Shown here piece by piece: positions 34,951 through 41,509 of a stretch of 64,000 nt of DNA; within the stretch, counting starts at the first letter, position 1; each line of letters opens with the position of its first letter. Origin of the DNA: Candidatus Caccovivens sp. (GTDB taxonomy: Bacteria; Bacillota; Clostridia; Christensenellales; UBA1242); the NCBI GenBank assembly GCA_051888935.1, contig JBJFCL010000006.1:10558-74557 (forward strand). Direction: 5' to 3'. The notes below the pieces were generated by a model. The model was not told the DNA's origin and did not search any database. It saw only the letters and a list, made by a program, of their open reading frames with translations. The position numbers were made by a program, and so were the translations under genes.

Positions 34951-35550
34951 TTATAAATTATTAATATAATTAGCCACAATTGTGTTTGATGATACAATAT
35001 CAAGTTTTCCAATATTGTCAACTACCGGAATATTAGTACAACTTACAAAAACTTTTTCATCTGCAAGGTTATTTCCTTTGCAAAAATCAATCAATTCATT
35101 ACCAAAAGTAAAAAAATTATAAGAACCGTAAATCTGTTTTGAATATACATTCTTAAATTTTATGTTAAAACTTTCAAAATTTTTTAATGTATCTTGCGTT
35201 GTTTTTTCTGAATATGGAGATATCAATATTAGATTTTGATTTAATGCGTTGTCTATCAAAAATTTAGACACAATCTTATTAACTGTTAAAACTTTTATTT
35301 CGTCTATTTTTGAACTCAAAGAAGAACACATTAAAATTATTTTATCAAATCCAAGTCCTTGGATTTTTTCAACTAATAAATCTAAATTTGCACTCATTTC
35401 TTGATAAAATTTTTGTTCATTCTCTTTTTGATGAGTTTGATAATCTATTTTAAATATTTGATATAAAACATTATCATTTTTTATCATTTTATGAAATTCG
35501 TACTCAACTGCAATATTAGGAAAGGGAACTATAATAGCTATTCTTTGCAT
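34951..35550 (-). CDS. Asp/Glu-racemase superfamily protein (maleate isomerase/arylmalonate decarboxylase-like)
   Basis: The pattern is RIAIIVPFPNIAVEYE, ILMCSSLSS, LISPYS, VFVSCTNIP and IVSSNT, i.e. two-Cys fold motifs. Confidence 0.5.
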   Translation of the reverse strand: MQRIAIIVPFPNIAVEYEFHKMIKNDNVLYQIFKIDYQTHQKENEQKFYQEMSANLDLLVEKIQGLGFDKIILMCSSLSSKIDEIKVLTVNKIVSKFLIDNALNQNLILISPYSEKTTQDTLKNFESFNIKFKNVYSKQIYGSYNFFTFGNELIDFCKGNNLADEKVFVSCTNIPVVDNIGKLDIVSSNTIVANYINNL

Positions 35551-37037
35551 ATAATTTCTCCCAATAAAACTCTATCAGATATATACCCAATAACTTTTAT
35601 TGTATAAAAATCATCCAAATCTAATTTTTTATTTTTTATAACAATCCTTTCTGGACAAGTCCCTATTTGTCTTAAAATTGAATCTCCATCTTTATACATC
35701 TCAACCCTTTCGTGTTTTATTATTGTACCTATTGGATAAACCTTTTTAAGCATTGGTAATGAAAAGTTTTCAACTATTTGTGTTTTAAAATTTTCAAAAC
35801 CATTTTTATCACTCTCTCCAAACAACTCGCCATGTGGAGATGTTAGATTCCTTACAAAAATTCGTCTAACATAAAAGTTTTCTAATATATATTTAAAAGC
35901 TTTTAAGTTGTAGTTTAAGGTTTCTTCTGTTTGACCTTCTAATCCATAAATGATATTAATTCCTGGCAAATATTTTCTAGTCCCCTCATCTGTAATTTCC
36001 TTACCCGCATTATTAATTATCTCTATAGATTTAAAAATATCATCAATTGAACCATTTAAATTATTTAACTCTCTAACTTTAGGATCAAAAGACTCCACAC
36101 CAAAAGGAGCAATGCTTCCGCTTGTACAATACTTTGCACATAATTTTGTTATTTCTTTACCTCTAGGGGTATTGACATTATGCGGACTAACATTATCAAT
36201 ATGTAAAACTTGTATGCCTGGGCAATTTTCCCAAATTTTTGAAAATAATTCTTCTACTTTTTCCGGATCTGAATTAAAATAAGCATAAAAATTTGGTTGC
36301 CTTCCTAATCTAAAATACTTAACACCACAGTCATATAATTCTTTTATTTCATCCACAATATCTTCAACAGGTCTTGATGTATGATTTATTCCTCTTATGC
36401 TTTCTATACAAAATTTACAACCAGGTTTTCTGTTACAACCAATTGCTGTTTCAATTTCATAAATCAAAGGTCTACGAATTTTATCAACTATATCTGCTGA
36501 AAATCTAGAAACTTCTTTTAAAATATCATAATGTGGCAAATAATCATCTTCCTTACCATAAATTATATAATTATAAAAATTACCAAAAACCACTTTAGTA
36601 AATAAATTCTTAGGTAGTGTTTTATCTAATTCATCTCTTGTAACAATTTTAGAACCTAAGGCATACATTAATACTATTTGCTTATTTTTAAAGTTTCGTA
36701 GCAAGTTCGCAATCTCATCAAATGTTGGAGGTTCACACGATAAATAATTGTAATTTACAAAACATCCCATAACAACATAAATAATATCACTTTCTTTTAA
36801 AAATTTTTCAATTTCATTTTTAGGATAGTTGTAGTTAATAGTTCTCTTATTTAAGGAATTTTCAAATTCTAAACCTTCCCCATTGAATAGCCTTAAATCA
36901 TCTATATTTATATATTCATATTCTTGTCCCACATATTTTAATGCACCAGCCAAATATCTAGAATGCACACTTAAATATGGTGGAGCACCTAATCCTGATG
37001 GCTCATCTGTATAACAATCAATTATTAAATTTTTCAT
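35538..37037 (-). CDS. Radical SAM enzyme with an N-terminal extra domain and a C-terminal TRAM-like segment
   Basis: The cluster motif is GCNRKPGCKFC (C201-x5-C207-x2-C210). There are ~200 aa before it, and the C-terminus reads YPIGTIIKHERVEMY..FYTIKVIGYISDRVLLGEI. Confidence 0.8.
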   Translation of the reverse strand: MKNLIIDCYTDEPSGLGAPPYLSVHSRYLAGALKYVGQEYEYINIDDLRLFNGEGLEFENSLNKRTINYNYPKNEIEKFLKESDIIYVVMGCFVNYNYLSCEPPTFDEIANLLRNFKNKQIVLMYALGSKIVTRDELDKTLPKNLFTKVVFGNFYNYIIYGKEDDYLPHYDILKEVSRFSADIVDKIRRPLIYEIETAIGCNRKPGCKFCIESIRGINHTSRPVEDIVDEIKELYDCGVKYFRLGRQPNFYAYFNSDPEKVEELFSKIWENCPGIQVLHIDNVSPHNVNTPRGKEITKLCAKYCTSGSIAPFGVESFDPKVRELNNLNGSIDDIFKSIEIINNAGKEITDEGTRKYLPGINIIYGLEGQTEETLNYNLKAFKYILENFYVRRIFVRNLTSPHGELFGESDKNGFENFKTQIVENFSLPMLKKVYPIGTIIKHERVEMYKDGDSILRQIGTCPERIVIKNKKLDLDDFYTIKVIGYISDRVLLGEIICKE

Positions 37038-37044
37038 ATCAACC

Positions 37045-37539
37045 TCATTTAATTAAATTTATTACTAAAACCGGTAATAACAATTCTTTATTTTGCTCCC
37101 ATGATTTCTTTAAAATTTCATGAGTATCTTCAATTAGTATAGATTTCTTGTTTCTAGAGTTAACCCTTTGAGAAATATCATTAACTTTATCATTAATTCG
37201 ACTTTCAAAATCTTTACTAACTAGACAAACTATATTGTCCTGATTAAAGAATGGTAAATATTTTTTCACCCATTCTTTTTTGACTTCAACTTGGTTTTCC
37301 CTAATACATGATGTTAAAATATAAAAGTTGTTGCTTTTATAATATCTTTTTATAAACTTTATTATAGTTTTAATAGGTCTTTTTTGAAAATATACAGAAG
37401 TATCTCCATTCAAAATTTTAGAACCTTCCCCATACTTATATTCCGCTAAAACACCATCCATATCAACATACACATCTATATCACCACATTTTAATAACTG
37501 ATGAACTTTGTAATAGAGTGAATTTTTATCTAATTTCAT
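37045..37539 (-). CDS. HAD-family 5'(3')-deoxyribonucleotidase-like phosphatase
   Basis: Carries DVYVDMDGVLAEY (DxDG motif I), ILTS, and LIEDTHEIL (motif IV-like). Confidence 0.7.
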   Translation of the reverse strand: MKLDKNSLYYKVHQLLKCGDIDVYVDMDGVLAEYKYGEGSKILNGDTSVYFQKRPIKTIIKFIKRYYKSNNFYILTSCIRENQVEVKKEWVKKYLPFFNQDNIVCLVSKDFESRINDKVNDISQRVNSRNKKSILIEDTHEILKKSWEQNKELLLPVLVINLIK

Positions 37540-38041
37540 TTAAAACCTCCAAAACTTCTGGATGATTTATTTTATATTCGTTATACAATATTTCAAATTG
37601 TTGTTCATTACTTTCTTTATAATTATTTGCTTGACAAACAAAATCTAAATGGTCGATCATTTTAACAAATATTGCTTCTTTAGTTTTCCTTTGGTTGTAT
37701 TCATCCCATAATTCTAAAATTTCTATAAATTTATGATTCTTTGATATATTCTCTATGGCAGACCTTTCTTCTTTATGTTTTTTTGCGACATCATAGTTAT
37801 CAAATGGTGTTATATCTCCAATCTCTATCTCGCCTAAATCGTGAAACATTATCATTTTAAATACTTTTAACGTATCTAAACTTTTAATTTTTTCTTTTTC
37901 TATAATGAAATATGCCAGCATTAGCATTGAATACACATGTTCAGCATCACTTTCTATTCTATTTACATTAAATTGCCTATGTTCCCAACCTCTTCTAGTA
38001 ATATTTTTTAATTTGCAAATCTCATTATAAAACTCTAACAT
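37526..38041 (-). CDS. HD-domain phosphohydrolase (YfbR/HDDC2-type 5'-deoxynucleotidase-like)
   Basis: Carries RRGWEH..ESDAEHVYSM..MIMFHDLGEIEIGDITP..MIDHLD. Confidence 0.75.
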   Translation of the reverse strand: MLEFYNEICKLKNITRRGWEHRQFNVNRIESDAEHVYSMLMLAYFIIEKEKIKSLDTLKVFKMIMFHDLGEIEIGDITPFDNYDVAKKHKEERSAIENISKNHKFIEILELWDEYNQRKTKEAIFVKMIDHLDFVCQANNYKESNEQQFEILYNEYKINHPEVLEVLNEIR

Positions 38042-38075
38042 TCTACAATTCTCCGTTATTGACTACATTATAACA

Positions 38076-38084
38076 CACTTTTAT
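38076..38084 (-). promoter_or_regulatory. Extended -10 element (TGTTATAAT) upstream of the operon
   Basis: On the minus strand TGTTATAAT lies about 35 nt upstream of the HD-gene ATG. The -35 element is weak. Confidence 0.4.
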
Positions 38085-38150
38085 TAAATTTGTATCATAT
38101 TTTGTAAATTTTTATATATCTAAAATACTTTATTAGATAGTTGTTCGCCA

Positions 38151-38168
38151 ACTGTCTAAAATTAGACA
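38151..38168. promoter_or_regulatory. Palindrome CTGTCTAA-AA-TTAGACAG (candidate regulator or recombinase binding site)
   Basis: An 8-bp inverted repeat with a 2-nt spacer. It shares TGTCTAAAA with the array at 28529-28660. Confidence 0.5.
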
Positions 38169-38305
38169 GCAAAATCTTAAATAATTTTAGATAATTTTAG
38201 AAAAGATTAGTTAACACGATATAACACGACTTTTCCCTGTAAAACAAGGGATTTCAAGGGATAGGATAACACTAAAACAACCTGAAAAACAAGTTTTATT
38301 CATAC

Positions 38306-38349
38306 CTCTTAATCGAAGGGTCCGGGGTTCGAGCCCCGGCAACCCACCA
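38306..38349 (+). tRNA. 3' fragment of a tRNA-Lys(CUU)-like gene (anticodon loop to CCA); att-site relic, not a functional tRNA
   Basis: CTCTTAA TCGAA GGGTC CGGGG TTCGAG CCCCG GCAACCC A CCA. No matching 5' acceptor (GGGTTGC) or D-arm lies upstream, and the T-loop is 1 nt short. Confidence 0.7.
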
Positions 38350-38351
38350 AT

Positions 38352-38391
38352 AAAAACGAACTCAAAGGTTTTTACTTTTGAGTTCGTTTTT
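38352..38391 (+). terminator. Intrinsic terminator following the tRNA fragment
   Basis: 15-bp stem AAAAACGAACTCAAA / TTTGAGTTCGTTTTT. Confidence 0.7.
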
Positions 38392-38680
38392 ATAAAGATA
38401 AATAAATTAGTAGATTTTGTTAAAATAGGAAAAACCCAATTTATTTTTCTTTGATGTCAAAAATTATAAGTTTAAACAAAAAAAAGAATATGCATAGCAC
38501 ACTCTTTTTATTTTGATAGACCTTCATCGTCCTTTTTTCTATTTTCTTTTGTCACATTCTCTTTTTTCTATTTTCATTCTTACAACTGATTTGTCGTCTT
38601 CTTTATTTTTAACGGCATCTCTTTATCAATTTTGTTAACAATAATTTTGATTTTATTTAAAAAGATGTTAAAATTACAAC

Positions 38681-39562
38681 ATGAAAATAGAAAAGTGGAT
38701 ACAAAATAATAATATAAATTTAAAAGGTGAGTTGATTGCAGTAACAGGTGCAACAGGGAGTATTGGTCAAGAACTTTGCAACATATTTGCAAAGACAGGT
38801 GCAAACTTAATTTTGTTGGATAGAAATATGGAAAAATCTGACAAATTAAAACAAAAATTACAACAAACTTATCCAAACATTACTGTTAAAAATTATCGCG
38901 TTGATATGAGCGACATAATTTCAGTTAAAACTGTTTGCAAAAAGTTACAAGATGAACCTATCACCACACTAGTATTAAACGCCGGGGCATTTAGAATGCC
39001 AAACAAAAAAACGGATTTGGGATATGACATTGTTTTTCAAATCAATTTTATTTCGCCATACTTTATGATTAGAAGTTTGCTTCCACAACTTCGACAAAGA
39101 ACAAACGCAAAAATTGTTATAACATCCAGCATTTCGTATAGTTTCTCCAAACTGGATCTCAAAAATGTAGATTATTCCAATAGAAAACCTATAAAGACAT
39201 ATGCAAATTCAAAAAAATTCCTTTTGTTTTCCCTGCTTGAACTATTCAAAAATGAAAAAAATGTACAATTTTGTCCAGCACACCCAGGAGTTAGTTCAAC
39301 AGGAATTATATCAAACTATCCTAAAATTATAAGAAATATTGCCAAATGTACAATGAATTTATTGTTTATGAACCCCCAAAAAGCGTGTTTATCAATAGTT
39401 AAGGCAACACATTCTTCTTGCTACAACCAAGAATGGTTTGGTCCAAGGTTTTTTAATGTTTGGGGAACTCCTAAAAAAAGCAAAATTAAATGTAAAAAAG
39501 AAGAGTTAGAAAAAATCGCTCAAATAGCAGAAGACATCTATATAAAATCGTGTCAATTTTAA
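38681..39562 (+). CDS. Short-chain dehydrogenase/reductase (SDR)
   Basis: Carries VTGATGSIGQEL (TGxxxGxG), NAGAF and YANSK (YxxxK). Confidence 0.8.
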   Translation: MKIEKWIQNNNINLKGELIAVTGATGSIGQELCNIFAKTGANLILLDRNMEKSDKLKQKLQQTYPNITVKNYRVDMSDIISVKTVCKKLQDEPITTLVLNAGAFRMPNKKTDLGYDIVFQINFISPYFMIRSLLPQLRQRTNAKIVITSSISYSFSKLDLKNVDYSNRKPIKTYANSKKFLLFSLLELFKNEKNVQFCPAHPGVSSTGIISNYPKIIRNIAKCTMNLLFMNPQKACLSIVKATHSSCYNQEWFGPRFFNVWGTPKKSKIKCKKEELEKIAQIAEDIYIKSCQF

Positions 39563-39605
39563 TTGTAATATTATATTGTCCTTTCAAAAAATGCTTTAAC
39601 AACTT

Positions 39606-39634
39606 AAAAAAACTTGCGTTACGCAAGTTTTTTC
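39606..39634. terminator. Bidirectional hairpin terminator
   Basis: AACTTGCG-TTA-CGCAAGTT flanked by an A-run and a T-run, between convergent genes. Confidence 0.6.
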
Positions 39635-39687
39635 TGTAATTATTTTTTGAAAATAGCCGTCCTAGATATACTTGACAAAAGATTTTT

Positions 39688-40467
39688 TTAATCTATATCT
39701 TCCATTGTCAAAGTATCCCAATAGTCTTGCTCTTCTTTATAACTTTTCGTGATAATTGTTGCAGTATCTTTCGTTTGGAATTTATTGTAAAGTTTTTCTA
39801 TTTGCTCGGAATAATACTCATTGTGAACTTTATAAGTATCTGCGTTTTCAAACAAATGTTCATGTGACACAAGCATTCCATAATGTTGAATAGAAGGGTC
39901 TATATGCACTATCCCCAACAAATAATGTTTATTGAAACGGTCACTCTTTACAGCATCAAACAAACTATATTTCAAGTCACGCATATTCATAGTTTCCAAA
40001 TTGTAAGCGTCTTTCAAATGTTTTGACATTATCTCTTTTTTGTTATCACAAAAACCACCGGCAAAACCTTCGAAACTTGAAAACTCAACACTTTGTCCAT
40101 TTACATCAACAAACTTTGGAATGGCCAAAACACATATGTATTTGTCTTCACTGTCATAATAACGATAATTTAAAATATCTTGAATGTCAATTTCATCTTC
40201 TCCGTTTGAATTAACTGAACCAGCAAACATTGTGGTGGCAGTTATTGTCGGATATCTTGTGGTTGAAATTCCTCTTTCAAGAATGCCATTTATTCTGTTT
40301 TCTAAGGTCAATCCCCTATCCTGTCTATTGTAACATTGGCAAGAAATTTGGTGCAATAAAATATTAAAATCACCAACTTTCTTTACTTTTGCAAAAAGTT
40401 CTGCAAGGAAGTTCTTGCATTCTTCTTCTGTTTTAAATATTTTTGCTTCTGTGTTATTATTCTTCAT
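39688..40467 (-). CDS. Hypothetical protein downstream of ku
   Basis: 259-aa ORF, 54 nt after Ku on the same strand. I recognise no motif. Confidence 0.55.
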   Translation of the reverse strand: MKNNNTEAKIFKTEEECKNFLAELFAKVKKVGDFNILLHQISCQCYNRQDRGLTLENRINGILERGISTTRYPTITATTMFAGSVNSNGEDEIDIQDILNYRYYDSEDKYICVLAIPKFVDVNGQSVEFSSFEGFAGGFCDNKKEIMSKHLKDAYNLETMNMRDLKYSLFDAVKSDRFNKHYLLGIVHIDPSIQHYGMLVSHEHLFENADTYKVHNEYYSEQIEKLYNKFQTKDTATIITKSYKEEQDYWDTLTMEDID

Positions 40468-40521
40468 ACGAGGCGTATTTTACCATTTCTTTGGCGTCCA
40501 TGTCAATACATTAAAAGATTT

Positions 40522-41331
40522 TTATGCTCTCTTCTTACTTTCACGCTTTTTGATTGTGACAATTTTATCATTATTAGAACTTTCAGTGTCTTTCACAGAT
40601 TGTTTGAGTGCATCCATAAGATTTATAATTTTCTTTGGTTTTTGTATTTTAGGAGTGGTTATCTTTTGACCAGCAATTTTTTCTTCAATCGCTTTTTGTA
40701 AGCGTTTTTTATACTCATTTTCAAAATTTTCCAACTTAAATGGCTTGGTCATATTTGAAATAAGTGTCTTTGCCAAAGCGAGTTCATCTTTGTTGATTGT
40801 TTCATTTGGTTTTGACACTGGATTCTCTTGCATTTCATCAGCAAAGTGTAATTTGCTTAGCACCAATCTATCCTTAATTACTCTCAACGCAATAAGCGTC
40901 TCTGTGGTGCCTAAAACTGCTTTGGCAATCCCCACCTTCTTCTCGCTTTGCAGTGCTTTTACAAGCAATGCATATGCCTTTTTTGCACCAGAAGGTTCAA
41001 CAAAAAAAGAGTCTTCATACAAAATCGGTTCAATTTCATCAGAATTTGAAAATTGCAATATCTCAATATTCTCGTCTTTTGGCGTTTTGAGTTTGTCAAG
41101 TTCTTGTTTTGTCAGAATGATATATTTATCACGCTCATATTCATAACCTTTGACTATATCTTCCTGAGGTATGTTTGCTGGACAATCTTCACAAGTCTTT
41201 TTGTATTTGATGCGTTGCCCAGTTTTTTTGTGTATAAGGTTGAAACCGACATCTGTGTTTTTTGAACAAGAATGTAAAACAATTGGTATATAAACCAAAC
41301 CAAATTGAATTGATGATTTTATTTTTGCCAT
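40522..41331 (-). CDS. ku: Ku (NHEJ DNA end-binding protein)
   Basis: The N-terminus SIQFGLVYIPIVLHS..FNLIHKKTGQRIKYKKTC and a basic C-terminal tail are present; 269 aa. Confidence 0.85.
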   Translation of the reverse strand: MAKIKSSIQFGLVYIPIVLHSCSKNTDVGFNLIHKKTGQRIKYKKTCEDCPANIPQEDIVKGYEYERDKYIILTKQELDKLKTPKDENIEILQFSNSDEIEPILYEDSFFVEPSGAKKAYALLVKALQSEKKVGIAKAVLGTTETLIALRVIKDRLVLSKLHFADEMQENPVSKPNETINKDELALAKTLISNMTKPFKLENFENEYKKRLQKAIEEKIAGQKITTPKIQKPKKIINLMDALKQSVKDTESSNNDKIVTIKKRESKKRA

Positions 41332-41446
41332 ATTTTTTTCTCCTGTTTTTTATTTTACGCAAAATTAGACATTATATAAATATCAGCACTTAAAAAATCT
41401 ATAAAAATCGTGCAGATAAAAATAGTTAAAAATTTTTAAATATTGC

Positions 41447-41476
41447 TTTACAATCGTCAATTTATTATGCTATAAT
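41447..41476 (+). promoter_or_regulatory. Sigma-70-type promoter with an extended -10
   Basis: TTTACA (41447-52), an 18-nt spacer ending in TGC, then TATAAT (41471-76). Confidence 0.5.
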
Positions 41477-41509
41477 GCTTTCGACATTAAAATTTATAGA
41501 GGTTTAAAT

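Larger units (their letters stand above)
28500..38349. mobile_element. Degenerate AT-rich integrative island (tyrosine-integrase relic, tRNA-Lys fragment at the right edge)
   Basis: The G+C drop is visible by hand counts. The integrase is a pseudogene, a 44-nt tRNA 3' fragment plus host terminator sits at 38306-38391, and all genes are on the minus strand. The left boundary is uncertain. Confidence 0.6.

Noticed and set aside
38580-38876. A 98-aa minus-strand ORF overlaps the SDR start and its upstream region.
   Set aside because: The translation is low-complexity (FPYFYPTKLSLHLSL..), and it overlaps a well-supported plus-strand SDR gene and its promoter region.
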